Part shown: positions 52,586-62,338 of the stretch, piece after piece
Numbering within the stretch: the first letter of the stretch is position 1
Layout of the letters: every line of letters begins with the position of its first letter
Assembly: GCA_018645365.1 (NCBI GenBank)
Contig: JABGOP010000005.1
Location: 440-64,439, forward strand
Reading direction: 5' to 3'
Length of the DNA: 64,000 nucleotides
From: Candidatus Cloacimonadota bacterium
GTDB lineage: Bacteria; Cloacimonadota; Cloacimonadia; Cloacimonadales; TCS61
Made by a program: the position numbers and the translations under genes
The notes under the pieces: model-generated
The model's input: the letters and a program-made list of their open reading frames with translations, nothing else
Told to the model about the DNA's origin: nothing
The model's database searches: none

Positions 52586-53743
52586 ATGGCAAAAAGAGAT
52601 TATTATGAAGTTTTGGGCATCGATAAAAATGCGACAGCTTCTGAAATTAAAAAATCATACCGTAAACTTGCGATGAAATATCATCCCGATAAAAATCAGG
52701 ACAATAAAGCAGCGGAAGAAAAATTCAAAGAAGCTTCCGAAGCCTACGAAGTGCTCAGCGATAACGATAAAAAACAGCGATACGACCAATATGGACACGC
52801 CGGTATGGAAGGTGCATTTGGTGGTGGTGGTTTCAGTTGGGATAATTTTTCTCATGCGGGAGATTTTTCTGATATCTTTGGAAATAGTGGATTTGGGAGC
52901 ATTTTCGAAAGTCTTTTTGGTGGTGGATTTGGCGGTGGCAGAAGAGGTGGTCGCCAACGAAATCGAGGCGAAGATTTACAAATTCAGCTTTCACTAACGC
53001 TTGAAGACATATCTAAAGGAATTGACAAAAAAATTAAAATCAATGTGAAAAATGCTTGTGAAACTTGCCATGGAACCGGTTCTACCGATGGTAACGTACA
53101 AACATGTTCGCAATGCCACGGAGCTGGACAAGTGATGCAAACCACTCGTTCACTTTTTGGACACATGCAAACCGCCGTAACTTGTCCATCTTGCCATGGT
53201 GAAGGTAAAATCATCAAAAATAGATGTCCTAAATGTAAAGGTGAAGGTAGAACTAATGTTGCGAAAACAATTAAAGTTCACATTCCTGCAGGCGTTTCAG
53301 AAGGACAATACATCAGATTGCGTGGTCAGGGAAACATTGGAAAACGCGGTGGTGAAAAAGGTGATATTTTGGTTTTAATTCACGAAAAAGAACATAATAT
53401 TTTTGAACGACAAGATGCCAATCTTATTTGTCAATTTCCAGTTAGTTTTTCTCAGGTAGCACTTGGCACAGAAATTATGGTACCAACTCTTTCTGGTAAG
53501 ATAAAAATGAAAATCCCGGCTGGTACACAATCTGGGAAGGTTTTCCGATTACGTTCGCAAGGTTTACCAAATGTAAATAGTGCATACAAAGGCGATCTTT
53601 ATGTGAAAGTTTTGGTTATTACACCTACAAAAATAAAATCTGCAGAGAAATCACTTTTCAAAAAACTTGCAGAATTTGATGAAGAGAAAAAGCTTCAACC
53701 AAATAAAGATTTTTTACGTAAATTGAAAAAAATATTTGGATAA
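52586..53743 (+). CDS. dnaJ: molecular chaperone DnaJ
   Basis: 385 aa. J domain with HPD (KYHPDKN), G/F-rich linker, four CxxCxGxG zinc motifs. Confidence 0.95.
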   Translation: MAKRDYYEVLGIDKNATASEIKKSYRKLAMKYHPDKNQDNKAAEEKFKEASEAYEVLSDNDKKQRYDQYGHAGMEGAFGGGGFSWDNFSHAGDFSDIFGNSGFGSIFESLFGGGFGGGRRGGRQRNRGEDLQIQLSLTLEDISKGIDKKIKINVKNACETCHGTGSTDGNVQTCSQCHGAGQVMQTTRSLFGHMQTAVTCPSCHGEGKIIKNRCPKCKGEGRTNVAKTIKVHIPAGVSEGQYIRLRGQGNIGKRGGEKGDILVLIHEKEHNIFERQDANLICQFPVSFSQVALGTEIMVPTLSGKIKMKIPAGTQSGKVFRLRSQGLPNVNSAYKGDLYVKVLVITPTKIKSAEKSLFKKLAEFDEEKKLQPNKDFLRKLKKIFG

Positions 53744-53750
53744 AACAGAT

Positions 53751-53782
53751 AACCTTACGAGCAATCGTAAGGTTAATTTTTT
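53751..53782 (+). terminator. rho-independent terminator after dnaJ
   Basis: AACCTTACG-AGCAAT-CGTAAGGTT followed by AATTTTTT. Confidence 0.7.
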
Positions 53783-53791
53783 GGAGAAAAG

Positions 53792-54514
53792 ATGCCATCT
53801 TTTTATACACCTAATTTAACTGAAAATAATGAAAATCTCATCATTAGAGGCGATGAATTTCATCACATCAAAAATGTATTTCGCAAACAAATTGGTGATG
53901 AAATCCTGCTTACAAATGGAAGTGGAATTTTAGCAAAAGCTGAAATTTCTGAAATCTTAAAAACAGAAATTGCCGTTAATATTTTATCCATTAAAAAATT
54001 GGATATTTCGGAACAAAAAATTGCGATAGCATTTCCATTTTTGAAAAATAAACACGATAATTTAATCGTTGAAAAGCTTACTGAACTTGGCGTAAAAGAT
54101 TTTTTCCCAATCATTACAAAACGAACAATACAAAAACCAAAACCAATTGAAAAATTTGAGAAAATAACTATTTCCGCTATTAAACAATGCGATAATGCTT
54201 TTCTGCCAAAAGTACATCAAACAGTAAAATTTTCACATCTTTTTGAAATTCTTCAAGACAAAAATTACCAACCAATAATTGCTCTCGAAACCGAGAAGGA
54301 AAAATTACTTTTCGATGCTGTTTCAAACCAAAATCTGTGCATTATAATTGGACCCGAAGGTGGATTTGCAGAAGAAGAAATAGCCTTTATAAAAGAACAA
54401 AATATTCCCACTTTCAAATTGGGAAATCATGTTTTACGCGCTGAAACTGCGGCAATTTCAGCAGTTTCACAACTTGTTTCAATATATCTGAAAAATAACA
54501 AAAATTTCTACTAA
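53792..54514 (+). CDS. rsmE: 16S rRNA (uracil1498-N3)-methyltransferase RsmE
   Basis: 240 aa. PUA-like N-terminus (GDEFHHIKNVFR), C-terminal IIIGPEGGFAEEEI and LGNHVLRAETA. Confidence 0.85.
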   Translation: MPSFYTPNLTENNENLIIRGDEFHHIKNVFRKQIGDEILLTNGSGILAKAEISEILKTEIAVNILSIKKLDISEQKIAIAFPFLKNKHDNLIVEKLTELGVKDFFPIITKRTIQKPKPIEKFEKITISAIKQCDNAFLPKVHQTVKFSHLFEILQDKNYQPIIALETEKEKLLFDAVSNQNLCIIIGPEGGFAEEEIAFIKEQNIPTFKLGNHVLRAETAAISAVSQLVSIYLKNNKNFY

Positions 54515-55315
54515 TTACCTAATTTTGTAAAACCCACTGCGTCTATCATCAAACGCGTGGTTATGTTCGGTAATCATTTTATCAGCCGCTAAATCTGGCT
54601 CAATTTCTACCACAAAAATCGTTTCTTCGGCTTCATTTAAACGCTTAACAATTTCACCTTTTGTGGTTAAGATCTGGGATTGACCAGTAAAAAACAGCTC
54701 TTTCTTACCGTTTTTTTCCAACCCTGTCCGGTTTGAAGTTATGGAAAAAATACGATTTTCGAGCGAACGCGTAATCATCGCTTGTTGGCACCACGGCAAA
54801 ACAAGATTTGCCGAATGAGCAATTATTTTTGCACCGTTCAAAGCAAGTGTTCGTGCCGCTTCTGGAAATATCCAGTCAAAACAAATCATCAAACCAACCT
54901 CAACTCCACCTTTTGCTTTGAACACATTAAATCCACTATTTCCTGGTTGGAAAAAAAACTTTTCCTCGAAAAATAAGTGTATTTTACGATAGACAAAAAT
55001 GTTGCCATCGGGGTTTATCAACATCGAAGAATTATAATATTTATTCGCTTTTTTTTCGACAAAACCAACCACATAACTACAATTATTCTGCTTCGATAAC
55101 TTTCCAAATAATGTAGCAGTTACGCCAGTTTGTGCATCTTCTGCGACAGCTTTCACTTCATCGATGGAATTGAATAAATAACCAGAAGTTGCTAATTCTG
55201 GAAATACCACTAAATCTGCTTCGATTCCCTGCAACAGCGATGCCATTTTTTGCAAATTCTCGTTAACTTTCAAAAAAATAGGTTTAAATTGACAAACACC
55301 AACACGATATTTCAT
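54515..55315 (-). CDS. carbon-nitrogen hydrolase (nitrilase superfamily) protein
   Basis: 266 aa from ATG 55315 (GGAGG RBS; the track ORF starts 10 codons earlier). Glu-Lys-Cys triad contexts VVFPELATSGY, YRKIHLF, GLMICFDWIFPE. Confidence 0.8.
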   Translation of the reverse strand: MKYRVGVCQFKPIFLKVNENLQKMASLLQGIEADLVVFPELATSGYLFNSIDEVKAVAEDAQTGVTATLFGKLSKQNNCSYVVGFVEKKANKYYNSSMLINPDGNIFVYRKIHLFFEEKFFFQPGNSGFNVFKAKGGVEVGLMICFDWIFPEAARTLALNGAKIIAHSANLVLPWCQQAMITRSLENRIFSITSNRTGLEKNGKKELFFTGQSQILTTKGEIVKRLNEAEETIFVVEIEPDLAADKMITEHNHAFDDRRSGFYKIR

Positions 55316-55442
55316 AATTCCTCCAAATGCATCGTCAAAATCCACAAACCTATTGTCAATAGATATTATTTCAAATTAGAACTTGACATATAATCCACTA
55401 TTTTTTTCAAGGAAAGAGAAGTTAAAAAGCGCATAATTTTTT

Positions 55443-55469
55443 GCTGACAAATTGAAGTCAGCTTTTTTT
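55443..55469 (+). terminator. terminator-like hairpin inside the rimP-nusA-infB leader (candidate attenuator)
   Basis: GCTGAC-AAATTGAA-GTCAGC followed by TTTTTTT. No upstream plus-strand gene to terminate. Lies about 55 nt downstream of CTTGACATATAAT (55382..55394). A second hairpin CCACTG-CATAAA-CAGTGG lies at 55486..55503. Confidence 0.45.
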
Positions 55470-55526
55470 GCGAAAAAAATAGATACCACTGCATAAACAG
55501 TGGTTTGTTCGTATAAATTGAGGATA

Positions 55527-56018
55527 ATGATGGAAAAAAGAGTTACGGAAATTGTAGAAAATGTGGTAACCGAAAGTGGTGTTGCTCTCTACGATTTCGA
55601 GCTAAAACGCACGGCAAAAGGATTGATTATTGCTATTTTTCTCACAAAAATGGGTGGGATTACAATCACCGAATGCAAAACTGTGAGTAGAAAAATAGCG
55701 AACATTTTAGAAGAGGAAGATTTTATCGAAGAACGCTATTTTCTAGAAGTTTCTTCTCCTGGCTTAGAACGATTTCTGAAACTAAAAAAACATTATGTTA
55801 GTGCTATCGACGAAAAAATCAAGTTGACTTTTGACGATGGAAAAGAAAATATCAGCAAAATTGGCATATTAAAAGAGGTGCTTCCAAACGAAATTAAGAT
55901 GGAAATTGATGCTGAAATCATTGAAATTCCATTTCTGAAAATCAAGAAAGCAAAAACGCAATTTGATTTCAAAGATGACATCAAAAAAAATAATTTGAAA
56001 AAGAAAAAAGGGGAATAA
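55527..56018 (+). CDS. rimP: ribosome maturation factor RimP
   Basis: 163 aa from ATG 55527 (the track ORF uses a GTG 9 codons upstream). YFLEVSSPGLERFL signature. Confidence 0.85.
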   Translation: MMEKRVTEIVENVVTESGVALYDFELKRTAKGLIIAIFLTKMGGITITECKTVSRKIANILEEEDFIEERYFLEVSSPGLERFLKLKKHYVSAIDEKIKLTFDDGKENISKIGILKEVLPNEIKMEIDAEIIEIPFLKIKKAKTQFDFKDDIKKNNLKKKKGE

Positions 56019-57253
56019 TGATGAGTGCAAATTTGATGGGAAGTTTAGCACAATTGGCTAGCTTGAAGCAATTAGACAAAGAACAGTTGACCGAAATCAT
56101 CAAAGATGGTTTATATCAAGCCATTTCAAAACGAATGGTTGACGAAAATAATTTGGAAATCATCACTGATTTTAATACCAATACAGTATTAGTAAAATTC
56201 GATAAAATAGTGGTCGAACTCGACATGAATTTGGGTGAAATTTCGCTAGAAGAAGCTAAAGAATACGATGCAATCCTTGAACTTGGCGGAAAAGTTCCAA
56301 CTCAAATGCACCTTCATGAGTTTGAAACAAAAATTATCAAAAACACAAAAAAAGCAATTTTGGAAAGAATTAAAGCATTAGAAGAAGATAGAATTTTATT
56401 TGATTATAATAAACAAAAGAACCAAATTGTAACGGGACGCATTCGCAAAGAAGAATATAATGGCTATACCGTTGATTTGGGTTACACCGATGCACTCCTC
56501 TCCGTCGAAGAACAAATCGATGAAGAATATTATAAACCCGGCGATATGATAAAAGCTTATGTCGTAAACATCCGCAAGCAGAAAAAAGGTGTTGTAATCA
56601 TTCTTTCTAGGATTCGACCAGAATTTGTGAAAAAATTATTTGAAAATGAAATTCCTGAAATAGCTTCGGAAGAAGTTGAAATTAAAAAAATTGTGAGAGA
56701 ACCAGGTCTCCGCACAAAAGTAGCAGTTAAATCTGCAAACACAAATATTGATGCAGTTGCAGCTTGCCTTGGACCACATGGAATTCGCATTGAAACAATC
56801 CGCAAAGAGCTAAGTGGCGAATTGGTCGATGTGGTACTTTGGGACGATTCACCCGAACAATTAATTGCAAATGCAATTGGCTCAGATTTGGTAGAAAAAG
56901 TTTATTTGGCAGAAAGAGGAAAATTTGCACGCGTTATTGTTAGTGCAGAAAATAAGAATTTAGCAATTGGCAAACGCGGTAAAAATGTGAAGTTAGCTGC
57001 CAAGTTAACCGATTATAAATTAGACATTTATCTTGCTAGTGAATTTGAAGAAAAAATATCAGAAGAACGCCGTGTGACGAGTCACATCAATGATTTAGAT
57101 GGCGTTACAGCATCAACTGCAAAAATCCTTCGTGACCATGGCTATACATCTGTTCAAGACATTTTTGAAGCAACCGTTGAAGCACTTTGTAACTTGGAAG
57201 GATTGGGTTCTAAAACAGCGAAAAAAATTAAAGAATCAGCAAAATATTTTTAA
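56018..57253 (+). CDS. nusA: transcription termination/antitermination factor NusA
   Basis: 411 aa. S1 domain, two KH domains (AIGKRGKNVKLA), C-terminal HhH-like segment. Confidence 0.95.
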   Translation: MMSANLMGSLAQLASLKQLDKEQLTEIIKDGLYQAISKRMVDENNLEIITDFNTNTVLVKFDKIVVELDMNLGEISLEEAKEYDAILELGGKVPTQMHLHEFETKIIKNTKKAILERIKALEEDRILFDYNKQKNQIVTGRIRKEEYNGYTVDLGYTDALLSVEEQIDEEYYKPGDMIKAYVVNIRKQKKGVVIILSRIRPEFVKKLFENEIPEIASEEVEIKKIVREPGLRTKVAVKSANTNIDAVAACLGPHGIRIETIRKELSGELVDVVLWDDSPEQLIANAIGSDLVEKVYLAERGKFARVIVSAENKNLAIGKRGKNVKLAAKLTDYKLDIYLASEFEEKISEERRVTSHINDLDGVTASTAKILRDHGYTSVQDIFEATVEALCNLEGLGSKTAKKIKESAKYF

Positions 57254-57469
57254 ATGAAAAATTGCTCGTCAAATGTAAACCACACTCCGATAAGAAGTTG
57301 TGTGATTTGTCGAACAAAAAAAAAGCAGTCAGATTTACGCCGGTTTATCATTTTCAAAAAAGAAATCGTATTTGATTTTAAGGAAAATACCACCGGTCGC
57401 GGTTACTATGTTTGTGATGATGGTGCGTGTTTACGGAAATTGGAAAAATGGTTAAAAAGAAAGAAATAG
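57254..57469 (+). CDS. ylxR: YlxR/DUF448 family RNA-binding protein
   Basis: 71 aa. PIRSCVICRTKKKQSDLRRF...GRGYYVC. Canonical position after nusA. Confidence 0.85.
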   Translation: MKNCSSNVNHTPIRSCVICRTKKKQSDLRRFIIFKKEIVFDFKENTTGRGYYVCDDGACLRKLEKWLKRKK

Positions 57470-57771
57470 TCCAAAAAATGATGAATTTATTGCACTTTGC
57501 CAAAAAAGCTGGCAAACTAAAATTCGGCTTTGATGCTTGCAAATTTTCCTGTTTAGCAGGAGATTCTGCTTTGCTAATTCTTGCTTCTGATTTAGCAGAA
57601 AATAGTAAAAAAGAATTTTTCAAACTTGGGCAAAATAAAAGTGTGAAACTTTTAGAATTAGCGACAAAATCTTTTTTTGGAGAATCATTTAATAAACGTG
57701 AAGTCGGTATCATCAGTGTAGAAGATGTGAACTTTGCAAACGGAATTATGCAGTTAGCGATGGAGGAATAA
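57448..57771 (+). CDS. L7Ae/YlxQ-family RNA-binding protein
   Basis: 107 aa from ATG 57448 (the track ORF begins 7 codons upstream at a non-ATG codon). LLHFAKKAGKLKFGFDAC...LLILASDLAENSKK pattern. Canonical position before infB. Confidence 0.7.
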   Translation: MVKKKEIVQKMMNLLHFAKKAGKLKFGFDACKFSCLAGDSALLILASDLAENSKKEFFKLGQNKSVKLLELATKSFFGESFNKREVGIISVEDVNFANGIMQLAMEE

Positions 57772-60152
57772 TGGCTATAAAAGTACGAGAATTAGCAAAA
57801 GAATTGAAAATTTCATCAGGTGCCCTTAAGCAATATTTAGCCAGTATGGGCGTGGTAGTTAGAAGTCATATGAGCTCTGTTGAAGAAGCAGACGAGAAGA
57901 AAATTCGGGCAATGTTTCAACAAGAAATCGAAAAAGTAAAAAAACGCAAACAAGATACGAAAGAGTATCATAAAAGAATAGACGATGCAAAAAAAATACA
58001 AGAAAAGAAAGCACAAATTGTACAAAAAGTTGAGAAAAAACCAGAAATAAAGATAAAAACTGTTCCAAAATTCGTCGAAAAAAACATCAAGCAAAGTCCA
58101 AAAAGAACAGTTAAGAAAACTCAACCAGGGGCGGTTATTGAAAAGAAAAAACCGCTTACAAAAACAAAAGTTGCTCCCAAAACAGAAACTATCCCAGAAA
58201 ATCTTTCAAAAAGAGATAAAAAACGAAAAGAAAAAGAACAACGAAACAAAAGCAAAGAAGATAAATACAGTCGCAAAAGAAAACAAATTACGGAACAAGA
58301 ACACGCACAAATTTCAAAAGATATCAGTAAAACTTTGCAAGCCACTGCAAAAAAGAAAAAATACAAAAAAGACGATAAACAACAAGATGTAAATGACACT
58401 AAAATCGTTGTGAATGAGTTTACATCTGTGAGTGAATTGGCAAAATTGATGGGACTCGGTGCTACCGAAATTATCGTAAAATTCTTCAATTTAGGACAAA
58501 TGGTAACGATAAATCAGCGATTAGACAAAGATTCTTTGGAACTGATTTGTGGTGAATTTGAATTTGATGTTGAATTTAGTGATGAATATGGTTCCGATAT
58601 TTTAGATGAGAACATTACTGCCGAACACGAAAACTTACCAACCGAAACAAGACCGCCAATCGTAACGGTGATGGGACACGTTGATCACGGTAAAACTGCT
58701 ATTTTGGATAGAATTCGTCAAACAAATGTCATCGCTGGTGAATCGGGAGGCATCACTCAACACATTGGTGCATATCAAGTTATTCATGATGATAAAAAAA
58801 TTACATTTTTGGATACACCTGGTCATGAAGCTTTCGCAGCGATGCGTGCTCGTGGTGCAAATATCACAGATATTGCTATCATCGTGGTGGCAGCTAATGA
58901 AAGTGTGAAACAACAAACAATTGAAGCGATTGATCACGCCAAAGCAGCTGGCGTAACCATCATTGTGGCTATTAATAAAGTCGATTTGAAGAATGCAAAT
59001 ATAGATAAAACCATTAATGATTTGATGACTCACAATGTAATGTTAGAAAGTTACGGTGGAGAAATTTCTTGGGTACCTTGTTCTGCTAAAACAGGTGAAG
59101 GAATCGATGAACTTTTGGAAACAATTCTATTAACTGCTGAAATTTTAGAACTTAAAACACCTGTGGGCGTGGAAGGAAAAGGAATCGTTATCGAATCTAA
59201 AAAAGACTCCCGAATGGGTACAACGGTTACCATTCTCCTGCAAGAAGGAACTCTCGAAAAAAGTGACAACATTGTCTGTGGTGCCACTTACGGTCGCATC
59301 AGAAAGATGGAAGATGAGAGAGGGAAAGAGATTAAGCATAAGCTTACTGCTTCTGATGTTGCGGTTATTTATGGTTTAAATAAAGTGCCAAAAGCTGGCG
59401 ATATCCTCAATAAAGTTGCAGATGACAAAATTGCTCGTCAAATCGGAATGGAAAGACTACATGTTCGTAAAGAACGCGAAAGATATCAATCTAAAACTAA
59501 TTTAGGCAATCTCTTCCAAAAAATTAAAGAAGAAAATATGTCGGAAGTAAAACTGATTGTCAAGGCAGATACTGACGGTTCAGTGGAAGCTTTATGCGAT
59601 TCATTCCAAAAAATGAGCACAGATGAAATTATCGTAAACATCATTCACAAGGCAGTTGGTGGCATTAACGAAGCAGATGTTAACTTGGCTTCCGCATCCG
59701 ACGCTGTCATCATTGGTTTCCATGTACGCACTCAAAGTTCTGCGAGTAAGCTTGCAGAAAATGAAAAAGTGCAAATAAAAAATTATCAAATTATTTATGA
59801 AGCAATCGAAGATATCAAAAACGCAATGGAAGGTATGCTCGCTCCAGAAATTATCGAAAAAACTTTAGGAAATGCAATAGTAAGACAAGTTTTCAAGATA
59901 AAAGGTGTTGGTACTATTGCTGGCTGTGCTGTTGAAAAAGGCAAAGTCACAAATGAAGGAAAAGTGCGAATTTTCCGTAATGACATCCTTATTCACGAAG
60001 GCGACCTCGATACACTAAAGCACTACCAAAAAGATGTAAAGCAAGTGAAAGCTGGTAGTGAATGTGGTATCGCCGTGAAAGATTATAATGACCTAAAAGT
60101 TAATGATATTATCGAAAATTACATCATCGAAGAAAAAGAGAGAAAACTGTAA
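57771..60152 (+). CDS. infB: translation initiation factor IF-2
   Basis: 793 aa. Lys-rich N-terminal region. G domain VTVMGHVDHGKT, DTPGHEAF, NKVD. Confidence 0.95.
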   Translation: MAIKVRELAKELKISSGALKQYLASMGVVVRSHMSSVEEADEKKIRAMFQQEIEKVKKRKQDTKEYHKRIDDAKKIQEKKAQIVQKVEKKPEIKIKTVPKFVEKNIKQSPKRTVKKTQPGAVIEKKKPLTKTKVAPKTETIPENLSKRDKKRKEKEQRNKSKEDKYSRKRKQITEQEHAQISKDISKTLQATAKKKKYKKDDKQQDVNDTKIVVNEFTSVSELAKLMGLGATEIIVKFFNLGQMVTINQRLDKDSLELICGEFEFDVEFSDEYGSDILDENITAEHENLPTETRPPIVTVMGHVDHGKTAILDRIRQTNVIAGESGGITQHIGAYQVIHDDKKITFLDTPGHEAFAAMRARGANITDIAIIVVAANESVKQQTIEAIDHAKAAGVTIIVAINKVDLKNANIDKTINDLMTHNVMLESYGGEISWVPCSAKTGEGIDELLETILLTAEILELKTPVGVEGKGIVIESKKDSRMGTTVTILLQEGTLEKSDNIVCGATYGRIRKMEDERGKEIKHKLTASDVAVIYGLNKVPKAGDILNKVADDKIARQIGMERLHVRKERERYQSKTNLGNLFQKIKEENMSEVKLIVKADTDGSVEALCDSFQKMSTDEIIVNIIHKAVGGINEADVNLASASDAVIIGFHVRTQSSASKLAENEKVQIKNYQIIYEAIEDIKNAMEGMLAPEIIEKTLGNAIVRQVFKIKGVGTIAGCAVEKGKVTNEGKVRIFRNDILIHEGDLDTLKHYQKDVKQVKAGSECGIAVKDYNDLKVNDIIENYIIEEKERKL

Positions 60153-60514
60153 TGGCACGCATTCGCATCGGCAGATTAGAAAGTGAACTCACAAAAATAA
60201 TCACACGAACGATTTCCGCAAAACTCCGCGATAAAAATCTCGCTTTCATCACCATCAGAAATTTGGAGCTTTCAAATGATATGTCGTATGCAAAAATTTT
60301 CTACACCTTTATCGGAAAAATGAATAAAAAAAATGTTCAAACCGCATTAGAAAAAAGTTCTGGTGTTTTCAAAAGTGAAATAGCTAAAGCAAAATTTATG
60401 CGAAAAATACCAAATCTTATTTTTCAATTTGATGACATTTCCGAAAAAACAAGATCATTAGATGATATTTTTGAAAAAATTCACGCCGAACAGGATAAAA
60501 ATGAAAATACTTAA
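60152..60514 (+). CDS. rbfA: ribosome-binding factor A
   Basis: 120 aa. RIGRLESELTKIITRTIS...DMSYAKIFYT pattern. Confidence 0.9.
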   Translation: MARIRIGRLESELTKIITRTISAKLRDKNLAFITIRNLELSNDMSYAKIFYTFIGKMNKKNVQTALEKSSGVFKSEIAKAKFMRKIPNLIFQFDDISEKTRSLDDIFEKIHAEQDKNENT

Positions 60515-61481
60515 ATTAAACTCACTCAAAACAGAACTCCTAAATTCCATCAAAAAACACTCATCTATTGCTATTTTAACTCATTCAAATCCAGATGGAG
60601 ACGGCTATTGTGCTGCTTTGGCTCTGCAAGAAATAATCTCACATTACGGCAAAAAAGCAGATGTTCTTTTGGAAAAACCACCCGCCGAAAAATATGATTT
60701 TCTTGATGCTCAAAATCGCACCAAAATATTTTTCAACCACCTCTATTATGAATTCATCATCATTCTCGATGCTCATTCTGAAAATCGCATTGGTGAATGT
60801 GTCGAAATTTTACCAACAGCCCAAAAAATCATCAGCATCGACCATCATATCGAGCAAGACCCAATTTCAAATGCACTCACATATATCGATGTAAACGCAG
60901 TTTCTATCGGTGCTATTATCTTCGAACTTTTCAAAGAAGAACTGCCTAATATTCCAAATAACCACTACATCGCGAACGCAATTTACACCACAATTTTGAA
61001 CGATACCGATAATTTTGTTAATTCAAATGTAGATGCTAAAACTTTTGAAATTTGCTCAAAATTGATGGAATACAACATTCAACCTGGCGAAATTGTGCAA
61101 AATTTTCTTTTGAACAAACCAGCACAACAAATGAAATTTATCGGAGAAGTTCTTTCCACCATCGAAACTCACGAAAACGATAAAATTCTTTTCATGAAAG
61201 TAACTTTAAAAATGTTAGAAAAGAACAATTTAAAATCTGATTCTACCGATAAAATAATGCGTTGGATAAAAGGCACAAAGGATGTCGGTGTCGCCATTTG
61301 CTTTCAAGAAATCAGAGAAAATAGATACCGTTTAAGTTTGCGTTCCTCCAAAGTTGATGTAAATAAAGTCGCTGTCCTTTTTGGTGGTGGTGGACATAAA
61401 AAAGCTTCCGGTTGTGAAATGAAAGGAACTCTTTCTGAAATTCAAAAACTAATTTTAAGCGAGTTGAAAAAACAGCTCTAA
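60501..61481 (+). CDS. nrnA: DHH/DHHA1 phosphoesterase (NrnA-like oligoribonuclease/pAp phosphatase)
   Basis: 326 aa from ATG 60501 (the track ORF starts 13 codons upstream). HSNPDGDG, ISIDHH, GGGGHKKASG. 14-nt overlap with rbfA. Confidence 0.8.
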   Translation: MKILKLNSLKTELLNSIKKHSSIAILTHSNPDGDGYCAALALQEIISHYGKKADVLLEKPPAEKYDFLDAQNRTKIFFNHLYYEFIIILDAHSENRIGECVEILPTAQKIISIDHHIEQDPISNALTYIDVNAVSIGAIIFELFKEELPNIPNNHYIANAIYTTILNDTDNFVNSNVDAKTFEICSKLMEYNIQPGEIVQNFLLNKPAQQMKFIGEVLSTIETHENDKILFMKVTLKMLEKNNLKSDSTDKIMRWIKGTKDVGVAICFQEIRENRYRLSLRSSKVDVNKVAVLFGGGGHKKASGCEMKGTLSEIQKLILSELKKQL

Positions 61482-61485
61482 TTTT

Positions 61486-62337
61486 ATGGCTGAAATTGGA
61501 ATTTTACTGATAGATAAACCTGTCGGCATCTCATCTTTTGATGTCATTCGCAAATTACGCCAAATTACTAAAATCAGAAAAATGGGACACACGGGTACAC
61601 TCGACCCTTTTGCGTCTGGTCTTTTACCTATTTGCGTCGGAAAAGCTACTCGCATTGCGGACAAGCTCTCTGGAAACGAAAAAGAATACTTGGTTAAAAT
61701 GAAGTTCGGCATTAAAACAGATTCCGGTGACATTACTGGAAAAATAATCGACTCACAAACTGAGCTGAAAGTTGAAAATCCTGCAAATATCGTAAAACAA
61801 ATTTTAGCGATTGAAGAACAAACTCCACCTATTTTTTCCGCGATCAAAATTGATGGCAAACGAGCTTACGAATACGCCCGAAAAGGTGAAAATATAAAAT
61901 TAAAGTCACGACCAATTAAAATTCACAATTTTAAAATCATTGAATTTAATTTCCCTTTTTTAACCTACAAAACCACTGTTAGTAAAGGCACTTACATTCG
62001 CGTTCTTTCGGAAACTATTGCAGATTTACTGGATACCATTGCCACAACTGTCGAATTACAACGCACAAAAATAGGTAACTTAAATTTGGAAAATGGTGTA
62101 AAATTAGCCCAATTAAATCCCCAAAATTGGCAAGATAACCTCTTTGATATTACCGAAATTTTAACCGACTTCCCAAAAATTTCCATCGACAAGATTGACG
62201 ATTTCGTAAATGGAAAAAGAACTTTTATTGAACAAGATAACATTGAAGAAATTATGGTAATTTGTGAAAATAAATTTGTTGGTTTTGCAAAAATTGAAAA
62301 TGGTTATCTTTGCCCCACAAAAGTGATGGTAAACTAA
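61486..62337 (+). CDS. truB: tRNA pseudouridine55 synthase TruB
   Basis: 283 aa. GILLIDKPVGISS, catalytic GHTGTLDPFASG. Confidence 0.95.
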   Translation: MAEIGILLIDKPVGISSFDVIRKLRQITKIRKMGHTGTLDPFASGLLPICVGKATRIADKLSGNEKEYLVKMKFGIKTDSGDITGKIIDSQTELKVENPANIVKQILAIEEQTPPIFSAIKIDGKRAYEYARKGENIKLKSRPIKIHNFKIIEFNFPFLTYKTTVSKGTYIRVLSETIADLLDTIATTVELQRTKIGNLNLENGVKLAQLNPQNWQDNLFDITEILTDFPKISIDKIDDFVNGKRTFIEQDNIEEIMVICENKFVGFAKIENGYLCPTKVMVN

Positions 62338-62338
62338 A

